A DNA stretch of 35,448 bases from Betaproteobacteria bacterium (GTDB lineage: Bacteria > Pseudomonadota > Gammaproteobacteria > Burkholderiales > SG8-39), in the NCBI GenBank assembly GCA_029858545.1, contig JAOUFA010000003.1:1-35448 (forward strand), in the 5' to 3' direction. The notes beneath the pieces were generated by a model. It did no database searches and was not told where the DNA came from. It saw nothing but the letters and a program-made list of their open reading frames with translations. A program made the position numbers and the translations under genes. Within the stretch, counting starts at the first letter, position 1. Each line of letters opens with the position of its first letter. Shown here one piece after another: positions 1-8,618 of this stretch.

Positions 1-729
1 CGCGGTGACGCCTGCGAGCAGCACGCTGCGATCGTGGCCGAGCGCGCCCGGGTCGAGTCGCGACGCCGCGATCAGCGACTCGACCGCCCGCCGCGCCGAG
101 ATGCACGGCTGGCGCGTGCGCGCGGCGACCGGGCAGACGTAGTCGCGCCCGGCGAGCGGCTCGCGGATCAGCGCGCTGGTCCATCCGGACACGGCGCTGT
201 TGGGTCCGCCGCCGCGCACCAGCACCGCCGGCAGGCGCAGCGTCGCGCCGACCAGGAAGCCGCGCCGCGTGTAGTCGTTGATCAGGATCTCGCAGGCGAG
301 CTTTTGCGCGCCGTAGGAAAGGCGCGGCAGCGCCGGCGTGTCGTCGGTCACGGGATCGGGCAGCGTGCCGCCGTATACCGCGATCGAGGAAGTGAACACG
401 AAGCGCGGCGCGTGGCCGGCGATCCGGCAGGCCTCGAGCAGCTCGCGCGTCGCATCGAGGTTGACCCGGGTGCCGAGCTCGAAGTCCTGCTCCGCGCCGC
501 CCGAAACGAGCGAGGCGAGATGGAACACCGTCGCGGTGCCGCGGTCCACCAGGCCGCGCGCGAATCCGGGCGCGGTGAGATCGCCGGTGAGCACGCGCAG
601 CTTGGGACTGTCCGTCGCCAGCGGGTGTTGGTCGACGGCGACGATCTCGGTCGTGTCGGTGCGTGACGCGAGGGCGCGCAGCAGAGCGGAACCGAGTTGG
701 CCCGCGGCGCCGGTAACGAGGATTTTCAT
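1..729 (-). CDS. NAD-dependent epimerase/dehydratase family (extended SDR), D-erythronate dehydrogenase DenD-like; runs off the window (3' partial)
   Basis: Not in the ORF track. Manual translation from ATG at 729 gives MKILVTGAAGQLG (GxxGxxG), VFHLASLVSGGAEQDFELGTRVNLDATR, FTSSIAVYG, SYGAQK (YxxxK) and ALIREPLAGRDYVCPV. The frame stays open to base 1. Confidence 0.85.
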   Translation of the reverse strand, partial: MKILVTGAAGQLGSALLRALASRTDTTEIVAVDQHPLATDSPKLRVLTGDLTAPGFARGLVDRGTATVFHLASLVSGGAEQDFELGTRVNLDATRELLEACRIAGHAPRFVFTSSIAVYGGTLPDPVTDDTPALPRLSYGAQKLACEILINDYTRRGFLVGATLRLPAVLVRGGGPNSAVSGWTSALIREPLAGRDYVCPVAARTRQPCISARRAVESLIAASRLDPGALGHDRSVLLAGVTA

Positions 730-934
730 GGTGTGATCGCCTGAGTGCGCGCATTCTAAGCCAGCCGGCGGCATGGCTCGCGGCAGTTCGGGCGTGCGTG
801 TCGCGCGCGCCGTCGCTTGTCGCCGCCGGTCGGCTCGCCTATGATGTCGCGAACCTGGAAGCCGTCGTCAACGTTCGTGTTCGACCGCGCGCCGTATCGC
901 GGCCGGGGGGCAAGGAGCGGGGGGGCATGGAGAT

Positions 935-2569
935 ATGGGCGAAGCCCACCCGGTCGAGAGCTGGGATTTCATCGTCGTCGGTGCCGGCTCCGCGGGCTGC
1001 GCGCTCGCGGCGCGGCTGAGCGAGTCCGGCGCGCATCGCGTGCTGCTCGTCGAAGCCGGCGAGGACGATCGCTGGATCTGGTTGCGCATCCCGACCGGCG
1101 TCGCGCGCGTGCTGGTCGGAGAGCGTGCGGTCTGGCGCTTCCAGACCGAGCCCGAACCGGGGCTCGGCGGCAGAACGATCTTCTGTCCGCGCGGGCGCGT
1201 GCTCGGCGGAACCGCGGGCGTCAACGGCATGTTCTGGGTCTGGGGCTATCCTGCGGTGTTCGACGCCTGGCGCGCGGCCGGCAACACGGGCTGGGGCTAT
1301 GACGAGGTGGTGCCCCTGCTGCGGCGCATGGAAGCCTACGCGCGCGGGGATCCCGCGCGCCGCGGCCGGTCCGGGCCGCTCGCCGTCACCGCCTACGCGC
1401 CGCGCGACCCGCTCACCGACGCGTTTCTCGCGGCCTGCACGCAGGCCGGCATTCCCGAGAGCACCGACTACAACGCCGACGGTTGCGAAGGCGCCGGCGT
1501 GATGCAGTTCTCGACGAAGCGGGGGCTGCGCTGGGGCGTGCGCGAGGGTTACCTGCGGCCGGCGATGAAGCGCGGCAACCTGCGGGTGCTGACCGGCGCG
1601 CGCGCGACGCGCGTGCTCCTCGAGGGGGGCCGCGCGACGGGGGTCGAGATCCGGCACGGCGAGCGCCTGATCGCGCTGCGCGCGGCACGCGAAGTCGCGC
1701 TGTGCGCGGGCGCGTTCCAGTCGCCGCAGCTGCTCGAACTCTCGGGGATCGGCGATGCGCGCGTGCTGCAACGCCACGGCATCGAGGTGAAGCAGCCCCT
1801 CCCCTCGGTCGGCGAGAACCTGCGCGATCACTTGCAGGCGCGCGTCATGTTCGAAGCGCGCGGACTGGCGACGCTCAACGACATCCTGCCCAGCTTCTGG
1901 AAGAAGGCGAGGATGGCGCTGCGCTACGCGCTCTTTCGCGACGGCCTGATGAGCGTGCCGGGCGCGACCGCGCACGCCTACGCGCGGCTCGACCCGGCGA
2001 GCGCCCAGCCCGACGTCAAGCTGCAGTTGCACCATCTGACGAGCCCCGACGAGCGCAATCCGAAGCGCGTGCTGCTCGATGATTTCCCCGGCTTTTCGAT
2101 CGGCGTCGTCCAGCAGCAACCGGCATCGCGCGGCAGCGTCCACCTGCGCTCGGCCGATCCGTTCGATGCGCCGGAGATCCGCGCGAACTTCCTGTCGGCC
2201 GAAGAGGACCTGCGCGCCGTGATCGAAGGCGTGCGCCTCGCGCGGCGCGTGGCCGCGCAACCCGCGCTCGCGCGCTTCGTGGTACGCGAGGTGAGGCCCG
2301 GTCCGGGCTCCGCGTCCGACACGGAACTCGCCGACTACCTTCGAAGCACCATCTTCGGCTCCTACCACCAGGTGGGCACCTGCCGCATGGGCGCCGATGC
2401 CGACGCCGTGGTCGATCCGCGCCTGCGCGTGCGCGGCGTGGCGGGGCTGCGCGTCGCCGACGCGTCGGTGCTGCCGTCGATTCCGGCGTCGAACACCAAT
2501 GCCGCGGCGGTCCTGGTCGGCGAAAAGGCCGCCGAGCTGATGCTCGCGGACGCGAGGTCGGTCGCGTGA
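935..2569 (+). CDS. GMC family FAD oxidoreductase (choline dehydrogenase-like)
   Basis: DFIVVGAGSAG FAD motif, RGRVLGG..VNGM, SPQLLELSGIG, VGENLRDH, YHQVGTCRMG, LRVADASV, NTNA; GGAG just upstream of the ATG. Confidence 0.92.
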   Translation: MGEAHPVESWDFIVVGAGSAGCALAARLSESGAHRVLLVEAGEDDRWIWLRIPTGVARVLVGERAVWRFQTEPEPGLGGRTIFCPRGRVLGGTAGVNGMFWVWGYPAVFDAWRAAGNTGWGYDEVVPLLRRMEAYARGDPARRGRSGPLAVTAYAPRDPLTDAFLAACTQAGIPESTDYNADGCEGAGVMQFSTKRGLRWGVREGYLRPAMKRGNLRVLTGARATRVLLEGGRATGVEIRHGERLIALRAAREVALCAGAFQSPQLLELSGIGDARVLQRHGIEVKQPLPSVGENLRDHLQARVMFEARGLATLNDILPSFWKKARMALRYALFRDGLMSVPGATAHAYARLDPASAQPDVKLQLHHLTSPDERNPKRVLLDDFPGFSIGVVQQQPASRGSVHLRSADPFDAPEIRANFLSAEEDLRAVIEGVRLARRVAAQPALARFVVREVRPGPGSASDTELADYLRSTIFGSYHQVGTCRMGADADAVVDPRLRVRGVAGLRVADASVLPSIPASNTNAAAVLVGEKAAELMLADARSVA

Positions 2570-4878
2570 GCCCGGCGCAGCCGCGCGGCAGGCTCGAGGA
2601 CGAACGGCTCCTGACCGGTGCCGGGCGCTACGTCGCCGACCGCTCCCTGGAAGGCCAGGCGTGGGCGCACTTCCTGCGCTCGGACCGCGCGCATGCGCGC
2701 ATCGTGTCGATCGACGCGGCGCGCGCGCGCGCGTTCCCGGGCGTGCTCGCGATCCTGACCGGAGAGGATGTCGTCGCCGCGGGGTTTCGTTCCCTGCCCA
2801 CGCTCATGCCGGTCAAGGGGCGGGGCGGGATGGCGCTCGCCGCCGCGCACCGCCCGGTGCTCGCGCTCGAGCGCGTGCGTTTCGTCGGCGAGCCGGTGGC
2901 GATCGTCGTCGCCGAGACGCGCGAGGCCGCGCAGGACGCGGCCGAGCTGATCGAGCTCGAGTGGGAGGAACTGCCCGCGGTCGTGCGCGGCGCGCAGGCG
3001 CTCGAGCCGGGCGCGCCGCTCGTGCACGCGGACATCGCCGGCAATCTCGCCTTCGACTTCGAGGCCGGCGACGCGGCCTCGGTCGAGGCCGGGTTCGCGC
3101 GCGCGGCGCGCCGCGTGCGCAGGGAAATCGATATCACGCGCGTGGTGGGCAATCCGATGGAGCCGCGCGGCGCGATCGGCGTGTACCGGGAGGACCGGGA
3201 CGGCACGGGGAGCGAGTGGACGCTCTACGCCTGCACCCAGGGCCCGTACCACATGCGCCAGCAGCTCTCGCAGGTGCTCGGCGCCCCGCTCGATCGCATC
3301 CGCCTCGTCGCCGAAGACGTGGGCGGCAGCTTCGGCGTGCACAGCAACATCTACCCGGAGGATTGCGCGGTCCTGCTCGCCGCGGCGCGCGTCGGCCGCC
3401 CGGTGAAGTGGGTGGCGAGCCGCTCCGAGACCTTTGTTTCCGACGAGCAGGGGCGCGACGTGCTCGCGACCGGCGAGCTCGCGCTCGACGCGAGCGGGCG
3501 CATGCTCGGCATGCGCTTTGCATGGGTGTCGAACCTCGGCGCGTACCCGACGCTGATCGGGCCGCTCGCCAACACGCTGGGCGCGAGCGCCTGTCTGTCC
3601 GGCGTGTACGACGTTCCGGCCTGCGTCCGCGCGCGGCTCGCCTACTCTCACACCGTTCCGACCGCCTCGTACCGCGGCGCGGGCCGGCCGGTGATGTCGT
3701 ACCTGATCGAGCGCCTGGTCGACGAGGCGGCCGCCGAGACCGGACTCGATCCGGCCGAGCTGCGCGCGAAGAACCTCGTTGCCGCGAACGCCTTTCCCTA
3801 CCGCGCGTCGAACGGCACCACCTACGATTGCGGGGACTTCCAGGCAGTGCTGCGCGGGGCGATGCAGGCCGCCGACTGGGCCGGCTTCGAGGCGCGCCGA
3901 CGCGCCTCCGAGTCCGCGGGACGGCTGCGCGGGCGCGGCATGGCGTGCTTCATCGAAGCCTCGGGCGCGGGCTTCATTCCTTCGGACCAGGTGCAGCTGC
4001 GCTTCGGCGCGAACGGCACGGTGACCCTGCGCACCGCGACGCATTCGCACGGCCAGGGGCACGAGACGAGCTTCGCGCAGATCGTCGCGTCGGCGCTGGG
4101 CGTGCCGATCGATCGGGTGCGGCTCGCGACCCCGGATGCCGAAGGTCCGCAGCTCACCGGCAACCTCACGAGCGGATCGCGCTCGCTCGCCGGGGTCGGA
4201 AGCGTGCTCCTGCTCGCGGCGCGCGCGGTCGTCGACAAGGCGCGGCCGCTCGCGGCGGCGGCGCTCGATGCGCCGGCCGGCGAGCTGGAATTCGCGGACG
4301 GCGCGTTCCGCGCCGGCGGCCGCGCGATCGGCATCGCCGAGCTCGCCGAGCGTCATGCGCGCGAAGCTCCCCACCCGCTCGACCTGGATTTCGAAGGCAA
4401 ATTCGGCGCGACCTTTCCCAATGGCTGCCACGTCGCCGAAGTCGAGATCGATCCGCACACCGGGGAGGCGCGCGTCGTCGCCTATACCGCCTGCGACGAT
4501 ATGGGCAGGATCGTCAACGAGGCGATCGTCGAGGGGCAGGTGCACGGCGGCATCGCGCAGGGCGCGGGCCAGGTGTTCGGCGAGCAGGCGGCATACGACA
4601 CGCATACCGGCCAGCTCGTCACCGGCAGCTTCATGGACTATGCGATGCCGCGCGCCGATCTGGTTTGCCGGCCGCGGCTCGTCGCGAGACCGGTGCCGAC
4701 GAGCGCCAATCCGCTCGGCGTGAAGGGCGCGGGCGAGGCCGGTACCACGGGCTCGCTGCCGGCGCTGATGAACGCGGTGTGCGACGCGCTGCGCGCGCGC
4801 GGGGCGGAGCGTTTCGACATGCCGGCATCGCCGGCACGGCTGTGGCGCGCGCTGCGGGACGCAACTCCGCGCGATTGA
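2566..4878 (+). CDS. Xanthine dehydrogenase/CoxL-family molybdopterin-binding large subunit
   Basis: RLEDERLLTGAGRYVAD, PMEPRG, EDVGGSFG, SYRGAGRP, HGQGHET, EGQVHGGIAQG, NPLGVKGAGEAG. GTG start overlaps the GMC stop (GTGA). Confidence 0.92.
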   Translation: MSPAQPRGRLEDERLLTGAGRYVADRSLEGQAWAHFLRSDRAHARIVSIDAARARAFPGVLAILTGEDVVAAGFRSLPTLMPVKGRGGMALAAAHRPVLALERVRFVGEPVAIVVAETREAAQDAAELIELEWEELPAVVRGAQALEPGAPLVHADIAGNLAFDFEAGDAASVEAGFARAARRVRREIDITRVVGNPMEPRGAIGVYREDRDGTGSEWTLYACTQGPYHMRQQLSQVLGAPLDRIRLVAEDVGGSFGVHSNIYPEDCAVLLAAARVGRPVKWVASRSETFVSDEQGRDVLATGELALDASGRMLGMRFAWVSNLGAYPTLIGPLANTLGASACLSGVYDVPACVRARLAYSHTVPTASYRGAGRPVMSYLIERLVDEAAAETGLDPAELRAKNLVAANAFPYRASNGTTYDCGDFQAVLRGAMQAADWAGFEARRRASESAGRLRGRGMACFIEASGAGFIPSDQVQLRFGANGTVTLRTATHSHGQGHETSFAQIVASALGVPIDRVRLATPDAEGPQLTGNLTSGSRSLAGVGSVLLLAARAVVDKARPLAAAALDAPAGELEFADGAFRAGGRAIGIAELAERHAREAPHPLDLDFEGKFGATFPNGCHVAEVEIDPHTGEARVVAYTACDDMGRIVNEAIVEGQVHGGIAQGAGQVFGEQAAYDTHTGQLVTGSFMDYAMPRADLVCRPRLVARPVPTSANPLGVKGAGEAGTTGSLPALMNAVCDALRARGAERFDMPASPARLWRALRDATPRD

Positions 4879-4888
4879 CCCGGGGCGC

Positions 4889-4915
4889 GTGAGGCACGCG
4901 CTGCGCGCGCCTCAC
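4889..4915 (+). terminator. GC-rich stem-loop after the Mo-subunit gene (possible terminator, no U-tract)
   Basis: GTGAGGC (4889-4895) and GCCTCAC (4909-4915) form an inverted repeat 10 nt after the stop codon. Confidence 0.35.
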
Positions 4916-4931
4916 CCGGCGAACGCGAACA

Positions 4932-5087
4932 ACGGATAGGGAAATCAATGCGCCTCGAAAGTCTGAACAGCTTGCCTGCGCACGACAATCCCGCGCTGGA
5001 ACGCGCCCTGAGCGGTCTGCAATGCGCATTCTGTCAATCTCGCTCCATGACACCCGCCCGAAGAGGGCGATTGGAGCAGAGTCTAGT
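4932..5087. repeat. 156-bp direct repeat, copy 1
   Basis: ACGGATAGGGAAATCAAT...GGAGCAGAGTCTAGT. Ungapped manual alignment gives 11 differences to copy 2 and 18 to copy 3. Confidence 0.97.
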
Positions 5088-5293
5088 GGTAAGGAAGCGC
5101 GGCGTCTGAGGATGTCGTCCGGCGGCGACCATGGAATGCGAATCGCCACGAATACGGAGTGTAACGATGCGCAGTCCATCAGCAGCGCTGTCAAAGATTG
5201 TCATCGCTCCTGAGTACCCGCGCTCAGGTTCGTCTTGCGTGCTATTTATCCCAGCTCAATTTTTTCCCCCGCTGGATCGAACGGAGAACGCAA

Positions 5294-6076
5294 ATGAGCA
5301 TGGCAAGGCGAGCAATGATCGTGGTGGGAGCGGCCTGGGCGCTGCTCCCCGCGGCGCAGGCGCAAACCCTCGAAGTGTCGGGCGCGACCACGGTGCAGAA
5401 ACGCATTCTCGAACCCGGTGCGGAAGGCTTCAAGGCCGCGACCGGGATCGAGCTGAAGATCTACGGGCCCGGCACGGGCAAGGGCATGCTCGCGCTGCTC
5501 GAGGGCAAGGTTCCGGTGGCGGCGGCCGGCGAGGCGCTCGTGGACGCGATCGGCTCGGCGAAGAAAGCCGCCGCCGACGCCGGCAAGACGGTGAGCATTC
5601 CGTCCAACCTCATGTATCACACGGTCGCCTCAGACGACATCGTGGTGGTGGTGCACACGGGCAACCGTGTGAAGTCGCTCACCAGGGCGCAGGCCAAGGC
5701 GATCATGACCGGCAAGATCAAGAACTGGAAGGAAGTGCACGGCGCCGACCTGCCGATCAAGGTGGTCGCCGCGGCGCCCGGCCAGGCGGTGCGCAATGCG
5801 GTGCAGAAGGGACTGATGGATGGCGAGGAGTTCGGTCCCGGCACGGCCGACATCCGTACCGCGCTCGAGCAGTTGCGCGTGGTCGGCTCCAACCCGGGTG
5901 CGATCGGCGCGATGAGCGAGCCGGTGGTCAAGGAAAGCAACGAGAAGGTGAAAGCCGTCGCGGGCGTGCGCGTCGGCCGGCCGCTCGGCTTCGTGACCGT
6001 CGGCGCGCCCAACGCGAGCGCGCAGAAGCTCATCGATTTCTTCCATTCGCCGGCCGGCAAGAAGCTGATCAAGTAG
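5294..6076 (+). CDS. Secreted substrate-binding protein, PstS/PBP_like_2 type
   Basis: Signal peptide ending AAQA, then LEVSGATTV, GPGTGKG, IVVVVH..N.V..LT, I.TGKIKNWKEV.G.D.PI and NPGAIG, all typical of PstS-like proteins. GGAG precedes the ATG at 5294. Confidence 0.85.
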   Translation: MSMARRAMIVVGAAWALLPAAQAQTLEVSGATTVQKRILEPGAEGFKAATGIELKIYGPGTGKGMLALLEGKVPVAAAGEALVDAIGSAKKAAADAGKTVSIPSNLMYHTVASDDIVVVVHTGNRVKSLTRAQAKAIMTGKIKNWKEVHGADLPIKVVAAAPGQAVRNAVQKGLMDGEEFGPGTADIRTALEQLRVVGSNPGAIGAMSEPVVKESNEKVKAVAGVRVGRPLGFVTVGAPNASAQKLIDFFHSPAGKKLIK

Positions 6077-6105
6077 CGCCACGCCTCGGCCAACGGAATC
6101 GCGTG

Positions 6106-7767
6106 ATGCTCACAAACCTGCGCGTAGGTGTGCGCCTCGGGCTGGCGTTCGGAACGCTGCTCGCGATGATGCTCGCCATCGCACTCATCGCCTGGTTCGC
6201 CCTCGGTCAATCCACGCTGCGCATTGACAATCTCGCCAACCGCGACCTGGGACGGCTCAGCGCGGCCGCCAGCATGGAAGTGGCACAGCTCACCCAGTCG
6301 GTCGCGATCCGCGACTTCGTGAGCGACGCCGACGTCGCGGCGCAAAAGCGCGCGCGCGAGCGCCTGACGCGCGGCCAGCAGACCTACGCAGACTCGGCGC
6401 AGTGGCTTGGCGAGCTCGCCAAGCAGACTTCCAACGCCGAGCTCACTGCGCTCGCCGACAAGCTGCGAGCCACGCAGGACAAGGTGGCGCAGCAGATCGG
6501 TATCGCGATCGACATGGTCGACAATGCCCAGTACGAGGAAGCGCGGCAGCACGTATTCCGGACCGTCGGCCCGCTGCAGACGCAGATCACCGAGGAGCTG
6601 CGCGCTCTCGCGGCGGCGAGCCACGCGCAGGCCGAGCGCACCGCGAACAACGCGCGCGACGCCTCGCGCGGCGCGGCCGCCTACATGATCAGCGCCATCC
6701 TTGCCGCCCTGTTGCTCGGCGCCGCGGCAACCTGGTGGCTGACGCACAGTATCACCCGACCGCTCAACGCGGCGGTCGCTGCCACCGAGCGGATCGCCGC
6801 GGGCGACCTGACCGGCGATATCCCGCCCGGCTCGGGGGACGAGACCGGGCGCGTGCTGGCGGCGCTCGCGCACATGAAGGCGAATCTCCACGAAGTCGCG
6901 GCGCGCATCCGCTCGGGCGCCGAATCGATCTCCCGCGCCTCGAACGAGATTGCGAGCGGCAATGACGACCTGTCGCACCGCACGGAGGAGCAGACTTCGT
7001 CGCTCGAGGAAACCGTTGCCAACGTCGAGGAGCTGACCGCGACGGTGCGGCAGAACAGCGACAACTCCAAGCGCGCGAGCGAGCTGGCGCTGCGCGCCGC
7101 CGGCGCCGCGGAGCAAGGCGGCAAGATCGTCGGCCAGGTGGTCGAGGCAATGAACGGCATGCACGCCACCTCGGGGCGCATGGCGGATATCGTCGGCGTC
7201 ATCGACGGCATCGCCTTCCAGACCAACCTGCTCGCGCTCAATGCCGCGGTCGAGGCCGCGCGCGCGGGCGAGCAGGGCAAGGGCTTCGCGGTGGTCGCCA
7301 CCGAGGTGCGTGCGCTCGCGCAACGCAGCGCCGAGGCGGCCAAGGAAATCCGCGGCCTGATCGGCGGCAGCATCGACCGGGTGCGCGCGGGCGCGCAGCT
7401 CGCCGACCAGGCGGGCACGGCGATCGGCGAGATCGTCCTCACGGCGACCGAGGTCTCGAACGTGGTGGCCGAAATCTCGAGCGCGAGCGCCGAGCAGCGC
7501 ACGGGCATCGAGCAAATCGGCCAGGCGATCACCCACATGGATGACATCACGCAGCGCAACGCCGCGATGGTCGAGGAGACGGCCGCCGCGACCGGCGCGC
7601 TGCGCGATCAGGCCGCGGGACTGCTTGAAACGGTCGGGTCGTTCAGGCTCGACCAGGCGGCCCAGGCGCCCGCAGCGCCCGAGCGTGTCCCCGCACCCGC
7701 CCCGCAGAGGCAGCCCGCCCGACTCGCGCCGCGCGCGGGCGACCTGCTGCCCCTCGCGGCGCGCTGA
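6106..7767 (+). CDS. Methyl-accepting chemotaxis protein (TM, periplasmic helical sensor, TM, HAMP, signalling domain)
   Basis: LRVGVRLGLAFG TM1, second TM then SITRPL/GDLT/DETGRV HAMP, and IDGIAFQTNLLALNAAVEAARAGEQGKGFAVVATEVRALAQRS hairpin tip. True start is about 6103/6106, not 5131. Confidence 0.93.
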   Translation: MLTNLRVGVRLGLAFGTLLAMMLAIALIAWFALGQSTLRIDNLANRDLGRLSAAASMEVAQLTQSVAIRDFVSDADVAAQKRARERLTRGQQTYADSAQWLGELAKQTSNAELTALADKLRATQDKVAQQIGIAIDMVDNAQYEEARQHVFRTVGPLQTQITEELRALAAASHAQAERTANNARDASRGAAAYMISAILAALLLGAAATWWLTHSITRPLNAAVAATERIAAGDLTGDIPPGSGDETGRVLAALAHMKANLHEVAARIRSGAESISRASNEIASGNDDLSHRTEEQTSSLEETVANVEELTATVRQNSDNSKRASELALRAAGAAEQGGKIVGQVVEAMNGMHATSGRMADIVGVIDGIAFQTNLLALNAAVEAARAGEQGKGFAVVATEVRALAQRSAEAAKEIRGLIGGSIDRVRAGAQLADQAGTAIGEIVLTATEVSNVVAEISSASAEQRTGIEQIGQAITHMDDITQRNAAMVEETAAATGALRDQAAGLLETVGSFRLDQAAQAPAAPERVPAPAPQRQPARLAPRAGDLLPLAAR

Positions 7768-8462
7768 GCAGGTTCAGCCCGTCGCGCCGCGCGCGCGCTT
7801 CCATTTCGCGCCGCAGGGCGACCGCACTGCTTGTGCCGTCGAGCGCGACATCGCCCCAGCCGATCGGCTCGCCTGCCGCCACCGCGCACAGCAGCTTACA
7901 GCCCTGCGCGAGACCGAGCGGCAGGCAGCCTCGCGCGAGCGAGTCGGCCGCCGGCATCAGGCGGCCCACGACCGTGTAGCCGCCCTCGCCATCGAGCAGT
8001 TCACCCGCATTGAGATCGCGCTTGGCGGTCGCGACCGCATCGGCGCCGAATCGGGTCGCGCAGCCGGTCGGCTCGCCGCGCAGGCCCACCGACGCCACCG
8101 ATATGCCGACCTCGAGCCCGATCAGGTGCCAGCGCTTGTAGAGGCACGCGTAGCGCCCGCTCGGGTCGGTCTTCACGCCGTACTCGGCGAAGCAGCGCCG
8201 GATGTACTCGGTCTCGCCCTCGAACACCACCCACACACCGAAGCGGATATCGTGGGGAATGGCGCGTCCGTCGCGCTCCAGCGAGGAGATCACCTCGACC
8301 TGCCCCTTGTGGTGCAACTGCCCGCCCTCCTCGCGCGGCCGCATGACGCACGGAATGTCGTCCACCGTCGCCGGCCGATAGGCGAGTCCCCACGGCGCGG
8401 GCGTGAGGCCGGTGGCATTGCACACCGCGGCGCTCTCGATCGCCGGCTTCGAGCCGTCGAGG
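7643..8462 (-). pseudogene. C-terminal half of an NAD(P)-dependent oxidoreductase with SAF domain (homoserine dehydrogenase-like family), 5'-truncated at repeat copy 2
   Basis: LDGSKPAIESAAVCNATGL, YKRWHLIGLEVGISVA, DAVATAKRDL.AGE.LDGEGGYTV and LPLGLA are motifs of this family. No N-terminal Rossmann part is present; the family-like sequence stops at the repeat boundary near 8463. Confidence 0.8.
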
Positions 8463-8618
8463 AGAGATAGGCAAATCAATCCTACCCTGAAGTTTGAACA
8501 GCTTGCCTGCGCACGACAATCCCGCGCTGGAACGCGCCCTGAGCGGTCTGCGATGCGCATTCTGTCAATCTCGCTCCATGACACCCGCCCGAAGAGGGCG
8601 ATTGGAGCAGAGTCTAGT
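8463..8618. repeat. 156-bp direct repeat, copy 2
   Basis: AGAGATAGGCAAATCAAT...GGAGCAGAGTCTAGT. Positions 33-156 differ from copy 1 at one base only. Confidence 0.97.

Noticed and set aside
2566-4878. Aerobic CO dehydrogenase (coxL form I)
   Set aside because: It lacks the AYxCSFR motif and has no coxM, coxS or accessory genes next to it.
5032-5037. Perfect minus-strand -35 hexamer (TTGACA) inside each repeat
   Set aside because: There is no -10-like hexamer at 16-18 bp spacing (CGCTCA at 17 bp), so no promoter is called.
4932-5087. Riboswitch interpretation of the repeat
   Set aside because: I recognise no known aptamer consensus. Orientation relative to adjacent genes is inconsistent: copy 3 on the plus strand points at a gene 3' end. 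An Rfam search would be needed to exclude it fully.
5131-7767. 878-aa ORF suggesting an SBP-MCP fusion or programmed frameshift
   Set aside because: The first ~325 codons are Arg/Gly-rich shadow translation over the real SBP gene in another frame. The SBP has its own stop (6076) and the MCP its own start and TM1. No slippery site was seen.
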